The position numbers and the translations under genes were made by a program. The notes below the pieces were generated by a model. The model searched no databases. It was not told the origin of the DNA and saw only the letters and a list, made by a program, of their open reading frames with translations. Of a DNA stretch of 64,000 bases, positions 10,879-20,032 are shown in pieces. Source of the DNA: Dehalococcoidia bacterium (GTDB lineage: Bacteria; Chloroflexota; Dehalococcoidia; Lucifugimonadales; G965248475); the NCBI GenBank assembly GCA_965248475.1, contig OZ252106.1, forward strand, positions 1,775,640 through 1,839,639. The letters run 5' to 3'. Each line of letters opens with the position of its first letter. Position 1 is the stretch's first letter.

Positions 10879-11730
10879 CTATCCCCCGACATCCGTGTAC
10901 CGAGGATAGGAGCCCAGAACCTTCAGCATCGTGGCCCGCTGACGCAGACCGTCGATAGCCTCCTTGACCGCTGGGTCTTCCCTATGCCCGTCCAGGTCTA
11001 TCAGAAAGATGTACCTTCCAAGGCTCTGCCTTGTGGGCCTGGACTCTACTTTGGCCAGGTTGATGTTGCGCTCCGCGAACTCCCGCATGACGTTGTACAA
11101 CAACCCTGGTTTGTCGTCGTCAAAGGAGAAACAGAGGGATGTCTTGTCATCGCCGGTAGGCGAATGATCCACGTGTCCCAGAACTACAAACCTGGTTACG
11201 TTGGACGGATTGTCCTGTATGCCCTTGGCGACTATTTCCATCTCATACAACTCCGCCGCCCTTACCGTCCCTACAGCTACGGCTGAGTCAGAGCTATGAC
11301 GCAGCTGCTCGACAGCGGCGGCGGTGCTCAAAGCGGCCACAGCCACCGCCTTGGGGAAGCGCCGCTCCAGGAACGGTCTGCATTGTGCCAGTGCCTGGGG
11401 ATGTGAATAGATGATTCTGACATCCTCTTCTCTGGTACCGGGTCGGGCCAGAAGACAATGCTCTACGGGCAGCACAAGCTCATGCCGGATGTGCAAGGAG
11501 GAGTCGTGTATCAACAGGTCCAGAGTGTCGGTTACAGAACCTTCCAGGCTGTTCTCTATTGCAACCACGCCCTCGTCCGCCTCACCCGCGACTACGGCCG
11601 CCGCAACAGCCGCAACAGTGGTGCGCGGAACAAGCTCAGCTTCCGGCGCATACCGGAGAGCTACTGCCTCCGTGAATGTACCAGGTGGCCCTAAATAGGC
11701 CAGCCTTCCTGGACTGGCGTCTGATGTCAT
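10879..11730 (-). CDS. pheA: prephenate dehydratase
   Basis: 283 aa with LAYLGPPGTFTE N-terminus, a PDT domain and a C-terminal ACT domain. Its start overlaps the stop of the upstream trkA-like gene. Confidence 0.9.
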   Translation of the reverse strand: MTSDASPGRLAYLGPPGTFTEAVALRYAPEAELVPRTTVAAVAAAVVAGEADEGVVAIENSLEGSVTDTLDLLIHDSSLHIRHELVLPVEHCLLARPGTREEDVRIIYSHPQALAQCRPFLERRFPKAVAVAALSTAAAVEQLRHSSDSAVAVGTVRAAELYEMEIVAKGIQDNPSNVTRFVVLGHVDHSPTGDDKTSLCFSFDDDKPGLLYNVMREFAERNINLAKVESRPTRQSLGRYIFLIDLDGHREDPAVKEAIDGLRQRATMLKVLGSYPRYTDVGG

Positions 11731-12425
11731 TCTGCTACCCGCGTCAGGACGTACAGAAGCTCCTCCTCCGTCTCCGGCGTAGTCACCGCAACCACCTCAT
11801 CGTTGGCATGCAGCGGCTCGCAGAGGGCAGGCAGACGCGGCTCCCCTCCCTCATCTACCAGTAGAGAGACCAGGGTGCCGTTCGGAAGACCCACAGACTC
11901 CAACGGCTTGCCCACCACCTCCGCATCCGGCGGAATGTGGATTCCAACAACTCGTTTCTCCGTGCCCGGAAGGGGCATCAGGTGGACCACAGGATGCTCC
12001 GGAAGCTCCTCCTCCACGTGGGTCAGGATGACCTCTGTGTGGCTTACTATCACGTCTACCCCCAGCTTGCGGAACAGGTCGTCGTTCTCCGGGTCGTTCA
12101 CCAGGGCGATGGTCTTGGGTACGCTGAAATGGTGCTTGGCCACCTGACAGGCGACCAGGTTATCCTCGTCTCGTCCAGTCACGGCTACTACGACGTCGGC
12201 ACGACCGGCGCCAGCCTCCTCCAGTACCGAAACTTCCGAGCCGTCTCCACTGATAGCTACACTCCCCAACTCTTCGACTACAGAGGCATGCTTAGCTGAA
12301 TCTCGTTCAATCGCGAGCACCTCGTTGCCCGCGGAAAGCAGAGCGCGAGTCAACTGGTAGCCCACCTTTCCGCAACCGACGATGATGATATACATAGGCA
12401 AATGTAAGGGAATCTGCAACGTCAA
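11727..12425 (-). CDS. TrkA family K+ uptake regulatory protein (RCK N + C domains)
   Basis: MYIIIVGCGKVG Rossmann motif. The TTG at 12425 overlaps the upstream stop; an alternative ATG start is at 12395. Confidence 0.85.
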   Translation of the reverse strand: MTLQIPLHLPMYIIIVGCGKVGYQLTRALLSAGNEVLAIERDSAKHASVVEELGSVAISGDGSEVSVLEEAGAGRADVVVAVTGRDEDNLVACQVAKHHFSVPKTIALVNDPENDDLFRKLGVDVIVSHTEVILTHVEEELPEHPVVHLMPLPGTEKRVVGIHIPPDAEVVGKPLESVGLPNGTLVSLLVDEGGEPRLPALCEPLHANDEVVAVTTPETEEELLYVLTRVAE

Positions 12426-12820
12426 CCGTACACGGCATCCAGAAGCATCTTTGAAACGGTCGTGGCAGGGCTGAGTGCCTCCAGCCCCAACGTCCTATAC
12501 ATCTCCTGGCGTGCGGGGTCGGCGATTTGGCAGACCACCTTGGCAACGCCGAACGTCTGCCTGACCTTCTGTGCAGCCAGAGCGTTTCTGGCGTCCCTGG
12601 GGTCCACCGCCAGAAAGGCGTCCGCCTCCTCAATCCCCGCTCGTCTCAAGTCCTGTTCCAGCGTACCGTCTCCCAGCAGCGTAGTGATCCCAAGGGAGTC
12701 CGGCAGACGCCGTAGACTCTCCTCGTTCGTATCAAGCACCGTAACCGTGTTCCCGTCCTCCGCCAGGGAGCGACTGACCAGGGCGCCCACCCGAGTGCAC
12801 CCCATTACTACAACGTTCAT
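12422..12820 (-). CDS. TrkA-N (RCK N-terminal) domain protein
   Basis: 132 aa with MNVVVMGCTRVG Rossmann motif and no C-terminal RCK lobe. Confidence 0.8.
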   Translation of the reverse strand: MNVVVMGCTRVGALVSRSLAEDGNTVTVLDTNEESLRRLPDSLGITTLLGDGTLEQDLRRAGIEEADAFLAVDPRDARNALAAQKVRQTFGVAKVVCQIADPARQEMYRTLGLEALSPATTVSKMLLDAVYG

Positions 12821-13293
12821 AGGTCTTTGGGAGCCCCTCCCTGATGACCGTTCTTAGACTTACCGTTAGTGGCGATCTCCTGCCGCCAGAGCAGTACCGG
12901 ACAGGGTGCGTTCCGAAGTATGTACGGAGCGGTCTGACCAAGGCTGAAGACGCCGTGATGCCACCGGTAAGGCGCACCTATGACAATCGCCTCGACCTCT
13001 CGATCCACGGCTTCCTGCACTACAGCAGGGCCGGCATCTCTAGCTCTGAGGATCTCCGCCTCCAGGTCAACATGGAGCTTCTTTCCCAGATTCTCCATAC
13101 GCTGGAGCACATCCTCGCCCCTGGCGTTTTCAACCTCTACGTCAGCGTCCAAGGGAAGGGAGCGCCGGACCTCGATAACGTAGAGTACATAGACCTTGCC
13201 CTTGGCAGGGCGGATTATGTCACATGCCAGCACCAGCGCATCCTCATCAGCGGCCACCCCACACACCGGCACAAGCACCTTACTGGCCTGCAT
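12817..13293 (-). CDS. universal stress protein family
   Basis: 158 aa with a Usp fold pattern ending in GQTAPYILRNAPCPVLL. Confidence 0.8.
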   Translation of the reverse strand: MQASKVLVPVCGVAADEDALVLACDIIRPAKGKVYVLYVIEVRRSLPLDADVEVENARGEDVLQRMENLGKKLHVDLEAEILRARDAGPAVVQEAVDREVEAIVIGAPYRWHHGVFSLGQTAPYILRNAPCPVLLWRQEIATNGKSKNGHQGGAPKDL

Positions 13294-13350
13294 ATTTTCT
13301 CCTGCGGTAAATCACTTTCAGATATCCGTAACCCGCTCGTGAGTCGAGCG

Positions 13351-13380
13351 ATTATACGTCTGACCATACGGAATATTCAA
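13351..13380 (-). promoter_or_regulatory. candidate sigma70-type promoter for the usp-trkA-trkA-pheA operon
   Basis: Minus strand reads TTGAAT, 18 nt, TATAAT, located 58 nt upstream of the usp ATG. Confidence 0.4.
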
Positions 13381-13454
13381 CCTGCAAAGGGTCGAGAATT
13401 GGCGAATGACGGACATACCTTCGCAGCCGTTACCACTCAGGGATAACAACACAA

Positions 13455-14153
13455 CTATCCTACCCTAGACGCCGCCTTTCGGGACGGAGCCGGCTCACCG
13501 CGGCTCACCTTGTCCAGAAGGTCGTCCCTCCCGGCTACGAACAGGATATCGCCCATTTCAATCTGTTCATCCTTGGCTGGAAATAGTATCGGCTCCCTGC
13601 CCCGGCGTATCGCCATGATTGTAATGCCATACCGATCCCTGGTGCCGCCAAGTCCCGCCTCCTCCAGCGTCTGTCCTATTAGATGCTCCGGCGGCTTGAA
13701 GCTGCTGATCCCCAGGTCGCCAGTGACACCTATGTATTCCTGCACGTCCGGGTTGAACAGCCGATGGGCCAACCGTACTCCTGCCTCTCGCTCCGGGTCC
13801 AACACCTTGTCGGCCCCGATCCGTTGCAGCGACTCGCCATGCAGGGGGTTGTTGGCCCGTGCAATGACCTCTTTTACACCTAACGTCTTCAGCAGGAGAG
13901 TTGTCAGGATGCTGGCCTGAATGTCCGTGCCTATGGCCACCACGGCCACGTCATAGCCGGATATGCCAAGCTCACGCAAGGCCGACTCTGAGGTGGAGTC
14001 CGCCCGGACTACGGTGATAAGCTGCTCGGTCTGGGTCTGAGCCACCTGCTCGTCTCGGTCTATACCCAGAACATCGAATCCCAGCTTGTAAAGCTCCTGG
14101 GCCAGACTTACTCCGAACCTACCGAGCCCTATTACAACTGCCTGTTTAGCCAT
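13455..14153 (-). CDS. TrkA/KtrA-type K+ uptake peripheral subunit
   Basis: 232 aa with AVVIGLGRFG Rossmann motif plus a TrkA-C domain. It lies directly downstream of the TrkH/KtrB-like gene. Confidence 0.85.
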   Translation of the reverse strand: MAKQAVVIGLGRFGVSLAQELYKLGFDVLGIDRDEQVAQTQTEQLITVVRADSTSESALRELGISGYDVAVVAIGTDIQASILTTLLLKTLGVKEVIARANNPLHGESLQRIGADKVLDPEREAGVRLAHRLFNPDVQEYIGVTGDLGISSFKPPEHLIGQTLEEAGLGGTRDRYGITIMAIRRGREPILFPAKDEQIEMGDILFVAGRDDLLDKVSRGEPAPSRKAASRVG

Positions 14154-14162
14154 CCCAACTCC

Positions 14163-15590
14163 TTATCCTATTCTAACTCTTTCCTGGGAATAACGGTATA
14201 TCGCGCGCTGGGGAGCCTGCCCCAGCGCCAGTGCCATAGTAAGAGGCCCAAGCCTACCTACGAACATGGTAGCGGCCAGCAGGCTCTTTCCCCATACCGA
14301 AAGATCGGCCGTGATGCCTGAGGACAGACCTACCGTTCCAAAAGCCGACACCGTCTCGAAAAGTATGTCGTCAAAGGGGAAACCCTCTGTCACCACCAGG
14401 AAGAACGCAACGATGAACACAAAGCCGATACCCAGAAAGGCTATGGCAAGTGCTCTCTGGATCTGTGGCGCAGGGATCTCCCGTCCACCCACCTCCACCT
14501 GCGCACGCCCGCGGGTTGATGCCAGGACAGCAACCAGGATCACCGCCATGGTGTTCACCTTGATGCCACCCGCAGTGGAGCCTGAGGCCCCGCCTACGAA
14601 CATCAGACCAGTGAAGAAGAAGTTGGTGTGCTGCTCCGTCTGTGTGAAATCTATCGTAGTGAATCCGGCTGTACGTCCGCTCACCGAGTGGAACATTGAG
14701 TCGACCACCTGGCTGCCCAGCGGCAGCCCCTTGAGCGTTGCGTCGTTGCCGAACTCCGATACGAAAAATACCATCGCACCCAGCAACCACAGCACCAGGC
14801 TGAGAACGATGACCATGCGGCTGTCCAGCGAGATCCGGCTGAATCTCCTGAACCTCATGAGTTCCGCCAGGACGCTGTAGCTGATTCCGCCTACTATGAT
14901 CAGAGCCGTCAATGAGCCAAGGACCCACGTCTCACTGCGGAACAGGGCCACGCTGGCTGACTCGGGAAGGATGTTGAACCCTGCGTTGTTGAAACCGGAT
15001 ATGGTCAGGAACAGCGCCTGCCACACCGCCTCCTCAGGCTCGAAAATGGGCAGGAACCGCCACAGGAAGATCAGAAAGCCTGCCAGCTGAACGATTAGAG
15101 ACACGCTAACCACCTGTATAGATAGCCTTACCAGACCGCTGCGCCGGCTAATACCCAGGAACTCACGCATGATCAGCTGGTTGGCCACCGTTACGCGTTG
15201 AGTGATGATCACCAGCAGGAAGGTAGCTGTGCTCATGAATCCCAGGCCGCCCACCTCCATAAGGACCATGAGGACGCCCTGGCCTGCGCGGTTCCAGTGG
15301 GTTGCAGTGTCTACGACAATCAGACCGGTGACGGTGCTGGCGGATGTGGCTGTGAACAGAGCGGTCATGAAGGGCGCGAACCGGCCTGTGGTGTTGAAGT
15401 AGGGCAGCCATAGCAACAGTGTGCCAATAGCGATCAGGCTGCCGAAGCCATATATAAGGATGACAGGCGACTCGAACCGCCGATTCCGCCGCCGTGGCGT
15501 GGTCTCCTCGATAAGTACCGGCTCCAGCTCCTGCCTTCGAGCCTGACGGATGACCCGGTCGCCTACCCTGTGTCTCCAGCCCTGTTCCAC
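14163..15590 (-). CDS. TrkH/KtrB family potassium transporter
   Basis: 475-aa polytopic protein with repeated MPM-like segments and selectivity-filter-type glycine motifs (TVTGL, NAGF, TAGF, TVGLS). Confidence 0.9.
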   Translation of the reverse strand: MEQGWRHRVGDRVIRQARRQELEPVLIEETTPRRRNRRFESPVILIYGFGSLIAIGTLLLWLPYFNTTGRFAPFMTALFTATSASTVTGLIVVDTATHWNRAGQGVLMVLMEVGGLGFMSTATFLLVIITQRVTVANQLIMREFLGISRRSGLVRLSIQVVSVSLIVQLAGFLIFLWRFLPIFEPEEAVWQALFLTISGFNNAGFNILPESASVALFRSETWVLGSLTALIIVGGISYSVLAELMRFRRFSRISLDSRMVIVLSLVLWLLGAMVFFVSEFGNDATLKGLPLGSQVVDSMFHSVSGRTAGFTTIDFTQTEQHTNFFFTGLMFVGGASGSTAGGIKVNTMAVILVAVLASTRGRAQVEVGGREIPAPQIQRALAIAFLGIGFVFIVAFFLVVTEGFPFDDILFETVSAFGTVGLSSGITADLSVWGKSLLAATMFVGRLGPLTMALALGQAPQRAIYRYSQERVRIG

Positions 15591-15820
15591 TTCGCTCCTG
15601 CCCCTTCTCTAATCCTGCTCCTGCCCGCACAGCATCCACACAGGACACCTACGGGAGGAGATTGAGAAGAGTCTACTGGAGTCCAACATTACTGCTAAAC
15701 GGAACTGACACATACTCTTCTGCGATCCTGCAAAGGAGTACGCCACAGCCCTGAAAGAGGATTCCTGCCATATGTTTTTCACAGTTCATGCCGCACCCTG
15801 GCGGCCCCGACCGAGGCGGT

Positions 15821-15849
15821 ATTCTAATCCCGTCCCCCAAGGGTGTCAA
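15821..15849 (-). promoter_or_regulatory. near-consensus promoter upstream of the K+ transporter operon
   Basis: Minus strand reads TTGACA, 17 nt, TAGAAT, preceded by an A/G-rich UP-like tract. This predicts a 5' leader of about 220 nt. Confidence 0.45.
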
Positions 15850-16132
15850 TCCTTTTTCTTTCCCTTTCTTCCTTTGTGCAGCCTGTTTCGACATTCAGAT
15901 AGGAAGGCTTCAGACTCAGGCCACTTCGCAAGAGAGGGCGGCTAGGAAGCAGAAAGGTACCCACATAGAGTCCTCCAGGAGGCACATCAGGATCGGTGGT
16001 GTGGTCTCAGAGGTACATAACGGCAGTGCGCAGTTGTCTTGACCTGTCGGAACCGGACGGACTATCATCCACGGAAATCCACCCGTCATCCTGAACAGCA
16101 TAGGAGCGACGATGCCAGCAGCATCGCACCTG

Positions 16133-16957
16133 CTAGGATCGCGGCCCGCCCTGCCAGTGGCCGGGCCTACGGCTGCTCTCCTGGAACTGCCTGAGCGTCC
16201 TGCGGTTCCGTAGTACGATCCTCCAGGTCGGGATGTCATAAGGCCTGTCGGTCATACCCCGTACCTTATCCATGACAAGCTCCGTGAGTGGTGGCCCGTG
16301 GCCAAAGCATGCCATGTCCGCCTCCAGCTCCCTGAGGCTCCGGAGCGAAGCGTCCAGCTGCCGCCGTCTGGAACGGTCCCACATCAGTGGACGGCTCAGC
16401 CGGTCAACATTGTTAAGGACCGAGTCTCCCAGGAACAGTACCTTGGGCTCTTCCAGCAGCGGACATATGCTTCCAGGCGTATGTCCGGGCGCATGTATGA
16501 TGCGTATTCCTCCAAGACATGGCAGCACGTCGCCGTCCGCCACCGTCTCGTGGACCTCCGTATCGTGGAACCGCACCGATGTAGGGCGATGGCGTCCACG
16601 CCTGCCAAACATCCAGCGATACCAGATCGGTAGCCTCTCGCCCTCGTTGCCCTTTCGCAGAAGCAGCCTGCCATCGGCAGCCTGCTCAGTTTCCGCCTCA
16701 TGGGCAACAATCTTCGCCCCCGTCAACTCATGCAGCTCGGCGGCGCTTCCGGAATGGTCGTGATGGAGGTGCGTCAGAAGAATCCAGCGGAGATCGGCAG
16801 GATCACGGCCAATCCCCTTGATGTAGGACACAATGGCCTCCCCATTCCCGGGGATCCCCGTGTCGATGACGGCCATCTGCTCCCCGGTTAGTAGAACCGC
16901 ATTGCTGCCGTTGAGGTCATCGATGCGATGAACACCGGTCACTATCTCCATGTGCAA
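16133..16957 (-). CDS. MBL-fold metallo-hydrolase
   Basis: HLHHDHSG (HxHxDH) zinc motif; 274 aa. Confidence 0.85.
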   Translation of the reverse strand: MHMEIVTGVHRIDDLNGSNAVLLTGEQMAVIDTGIPGNGEAIVSYIKGIGRDPADLRWILLTHLHHDHSGSAAELHELTGAKIVAHEAETEQAADGRLLLRKGNEGERLPIWYRWMFGRRGRHRPTSVRFHDTEVHETVADGDVLPCLGGIRIIHAPGHTPGSICPLLEEPKVLFLGDSVLNNVDRLSRPLMWDRSRRRQLDASLRSLRELEADMACFGHGPPLTELVMDKVRGMTDRPYDIPTWRIVLRNRRTLRQFQESSRRPGHWQGGPRS

Positions 16958-17006
16958 GCCCCCCGAATATCACGTTGTAGATTGCCCAGCCTACCGCCAC
17001 CAGGCC

Positions 17007-17822
17007 TTACACCTTCTGCCCCAGAAGCTCCTTTACCCTGGTTACGAGCAGGGGCAGCATCTCCCCAGACGGACCCCGGAACGCCACGTCCACATCGTCG
17101 CTGATGGGTGTTGGCTCGGGGTTTACCTCGATCAGCGCCGCCCCGTGCTCGCGCGCCTGAAACGGGAATCCCGCAGCCGGATACACTGTCCCTGACGTGC
17201 CAAGCACCAGCATGCAGTCGCACCGGTTGGTCTCATCGAAACAACGCTCAAGAACGTCAGGAGGTATTGGCTCCCCGAACATCACGCCATCGCCCTTTAT
17301 GATGCCGCCGCACTGGGGGCACCTGGGAGGCAGGTCGTGCTCGTGAATCTCGAACTCGTCCCTGGGGACGCGGTAGTGGCACTCCACGCACCTGAGAAGC
17401 GTGCGGTTCCCGTGGATCTCAGCCACCAGCCTGCTGCCAGCCGCACGGTGCAGGTTGTCCACATTCTGAGTGATTATGTGCTTGAGCACCCCCATGCGCT
17501 CCAGTTCAACGAGAGCGTAGTGACCCGGATTGGGCGTGGCGTTCTGCATGGCATCGCGGAATCCGGCGCGGTCCGGCGACTCCGGCTGGGTGTCCCTTTC
17601 CAACGAGCGCTTCCACCAACCTTTGGGGTCAGTAGCAAAGTTCTGAAAGGCACGCGGGTCCGGCTCGCCGATGCGGGTCCACAGGCCGCCCGCGCCTCGA
17701 TAGGTGGGAATGCCGCTCTCCGTGCTCATGCCGGCACCTACCATGGCGACCACATAGCTCGAACTCGCCACAATCTGGCTGGCCTTCTCAACGGCCTCCA
17801 GATACTCCTCAGACAGCTCCAT
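17007..17822 (-). CDS. cobB: NAD-dependent protein deacylase (Sir2 family)
   Basis: GAGMSTESGIPTYRG NAD motif and a Zn ribbon (CxxC...CPQCGG). Start chosen at the ATG (MELSEEY) with a GGAGGGAG RBS. Confidence 0.88.
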   Translation of the reverse strand: MELSEEYLEAVEKASQIVASSSYVVAMVGAGMSTESGIPTYRGAGGLWTRIGEPDPRAFQNFATDPKGWWKRSLERDTQPESPDRAGFRDAMQNATPNPGHYALVELERMGVLKHIITQNVDNLHRAAGSRLVAEIHGNRTLLRCVECHYRVPRDEFEIHEHDLPPRCPQCGGIIKGDGVMFGEPIPPDVLERCFDETNRCDCMLVLGTSGTVYPAAGFPFQAREHGAALIEVNPEPTPISDDVDVAFRGPSGEMLPLLVTRVKELLGQKV

Positions 17823-17838
17823 GACTCCCTCCTGCGAT

Positions 17839-17882
17839 AGCTGGCCGGTAGCTGGCCGATAGCTGGCCGGTAGCTGGCGCAA
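17839..17882. repeat. 4 x 11-bp tandem repeat (AGCTGGCCGGT / AGCTGGCCGAT)
   Basis: Direct reading: agctggccggt agctggccgat agctggccggt agctggcgcaa, immediately upstream of the Sir2 RBS in a divergent intergenic region. Confidence 0.85.
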
Positions 17883-17984
17883 TCATACCACAGGGGTCGG
17901 CGCCTGAGCTTATCTACTCTGGTGCATAGAAACCAAGAAGCCGCGGGGGAACGTATATATGACGATTCCAGTAAGGAGACTCCT

Positions 17985-18764
17985 ATGCCAAATAGCCTTC
18001 CAAAGACCATTTCGGGACTCGCTGCCGTAATAGCCGGCCTGGCCGTAATAGCCGCCTGCTCCCAGGCTGAACCGACCCCAACGGCCACAACCGGCCCCGT
18101 AGTTACGTCTCCCATCAGCTTGAGTCCCAGCAAAGACAACACGCTGTATGAGGATGAGGCTGGTTCCGTCAGCAGCGGTGAGGGCTTAAATATGATCTTT
18201 GGCATGACCAACAACCTGTCAGCCCGACGGGGAGTCATCGCCTTTGACATAGCAGCCAACATCCCTGCAGGGTCAACCATTGAAAGCGTGACACTGACTA
18301 TGAGCATGAATAGGACCAACTTCACAGCCGGTCCCCGCGTCGTTGAATTGCACGCCCTCACTGGAGACTGGGGCGAAGGTGCATCCAACGCCGTTTTCCA
18401 ACCGGGACAAGGTATCGCTGCCGCTCCTTCCGACGCGACCTGGCTGCACAACTTCTTCGATACGACAATGTGGGACACGCCGGGAGGAGACTTTTCAACC
18501 ACAGTCAGCAGTAGTACGGAGGTGGATGGCAACGGGTCTTACACCTGGAACTCCACATCTCAGATGGTAAGTGACGTCCAATCGTGGCTCAACGACCCGG
18601 CAGGCAATTTCGGTTGGCTGCTCATGGGTGACGAAACCGACCCCTCGACTGCCAAGCGATTTGATACCCGCGAGGCCCTCCTTGAGGAGAACCGCCCGGT
18701 ACTGGTCATAGAGTTACGCCGTCCGGCGGCTCCTAGCTGCACGCACAGCCTGGTGGTTGGATAG
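17985..18764 (+). CDS. secreted lipoprotein with DNRLRE-like (CBM96-like) domain
   Basis: AAGGAG RBS and lipobox (LAVIAAC). DNTLYED...RRGVIAFDI...VELHALTGDWGEG resembles the DNRLRE domain pattern. Confidence 0.55.
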   Translation: MPNSLPKTISGLAAVIAGLAVIAACSQAEPTPTATTGPVVTSPISLSPSKDNTLYEDEAGSVSSGEGLNMIFGMTNNLSARRGVIAFDIAANIPAGSTIESVTLTMSMNRTNFTAGPRVVELHALTGDWGEGASNAVFQPGQGIAAAPSDATWLHNFFDTTMWDTPGGDFSTTVSSSTEVDGNGSYTWNSTSQMVSDVQSWLNDPAGNFGWLLMGDETDPSTAKRFDTREALLEENRPVLVIELRRPAAPSCTHSLVVG

Positions 18765-18785
18765 GCCACCTCTAACCTGTAACGC

Positions 18786-19943
18786 TCACCCTGAGGTTAT
18801 CGAATGAAAATCACCGGATAGCTCCATGTGCCCGTCACGCAGCATGAATGTCGCCGAAGGCGCTACTGGCGCATCACTTATCAGCGCCGGTTCCGCTGCC
18901 GTCACCACCGCCTGCTCATATTTAGCCGCCTCCTCCAATACCTGCCGCCTCCTTACGGTGTCCAGCTCTGAAAGAACGTCGTCCAGCAACAGTATGGGGC
19001 CCTCTCTACGTTCGCTTTGCAAGAAAGCCGCCTCAGCCAGGCGCAACCCCAGGGCAATAGTGCGAGCCTGGCCTCGAGAGGCGTAGGTACTCGCAGCCAT
19101 CCCGCCTACCTCCAGAATCAGGTCGTCCCGGTGGGGACCAATCAGCGTCATGCCAGCCTTGACCTCCTCACGGCGCTGGGCCCTCAGGCCGTCGGACAGC
19201 TCCTTTGCCGCAGACGACGGCTGGAAGGCAACGGTCATCTCTTCTCCGCCGGACAGTCGCGCGTACGCCTGGACCGCCAGGGGCGACAGATGCTCCATCA
19301 CCTCCTGCCTGCGGGCCACCAGCATAGACCCCTCCTTGGCCAGCTCCACATCCCAGAAGTCCAGCTCGTCAGGCATGCCGCGTCCGTCCCGCACCAGGCG
19401 CAGCAGATGGTTCCTCTGCGTAAGCACGCGCTGGTACCGCTGCAATGTCCTTAAGTAGCCCCGGTCTACCTGGGATATCAGGATATCCAGGAAGCGGCGA
19501 CGGCCGGACGGCGCACCCAACACCAGATCGATGTCCGACGCCGTAAACAGCACTGATGTGACACGCCCAACCAGTCCCACGGCAGAGGTCGCCGCACCGT
19601 TGGCCCGTATCTGCTTCTGGACCAGCGCACCGCCAACCCCCTCCCGCGGCAGGACTCGCAGCGCAATGACGACTTTGAGACGCCCCTCCTGTTGCTCAAC
19701 CTCTCCCGTAATCAGCGTTCCCTCTACGGGCGCATCGCCCTCTTGCTGGGCCGTCCAGCTAATAAGCTCCCGCTCCGTGTTGGTGCGATGCGACTTAGCA
19801 ATGGCCAGGAGATAGGCCGCCTCCAGCAGGTTGCTCTTGCCCTGGGTATTGGCCCCCAGCACGAACACCAAGCCGGACGGCAACTCCAACTCCAGATGGC
19901 TGAAGTTGCGGTAGTTAGTCAGCGCAAGGTGAGATAGGTACAA
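18786..19943 (-). CDS. recF: DNA replication/repair protein RecF
   Basis: 385 aa with N-terminal LALTNYRNF and Walker A GANTQGKSNLLEA, plus C-terminal LLLDDVLSELD. Confidence 0.92.
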   Translation of the reverse strand: MYLSHLALTNYRNFSHLELELPSGLVFVLGANTQGKSNLLEAAYLLAIAKSHRTNTERELISWTAQQEGDAPVEGTLITGEVEQQEGRLKVVIALRVLPREGVGGALVQKQIRANGAATSAVGLVGRVTSVLFTASDIDLVLGAPSGRRRFLDILISQVDRGYLRTLQRYQRVLTQRNHLLRLVRDGRGMPDELDFWDVELAKEGSMLVARRQEVMEHLSPLAVQAYARLSGGEEMTVAFQPSSAAKELSDGLRAQRREEVKAGMTLIGPHRDDLILEVGGMAASTYASRGQARTIALGLRLAEAAFLQSERREGPILLLDDVLSELDTVRRRQVLEEAAKYEQAVVTAAEPALISDAPVAPSATFMLRDGHMELSGDFHSITSG

Positions 19944-20032
19944 CGACGGCTCCTCTCACGAATTCTATCACGACGCCCATCGCCTCCTGGGGATATGCCT
20001 TACAGGAGGAAAGCCTGGATGGGGCCGACTCC

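Noticed and set aside
15673-15894. 73-aa ORF upstream of the K+ transporter gene
   Set aside because: A near-consensus promoter lies inside it, and it has no RBS and an odd composition. It is more likely leader RNA.
17007-17822. Sir2 as a defence effector (Thoeris ThsA / DSR-like)
   Set aside because: It is a short CobB-type deacylase with a canonical Zn ribbon and no SLOG, TM or partner TIR gene adjacent. It is most likely housekeeping.
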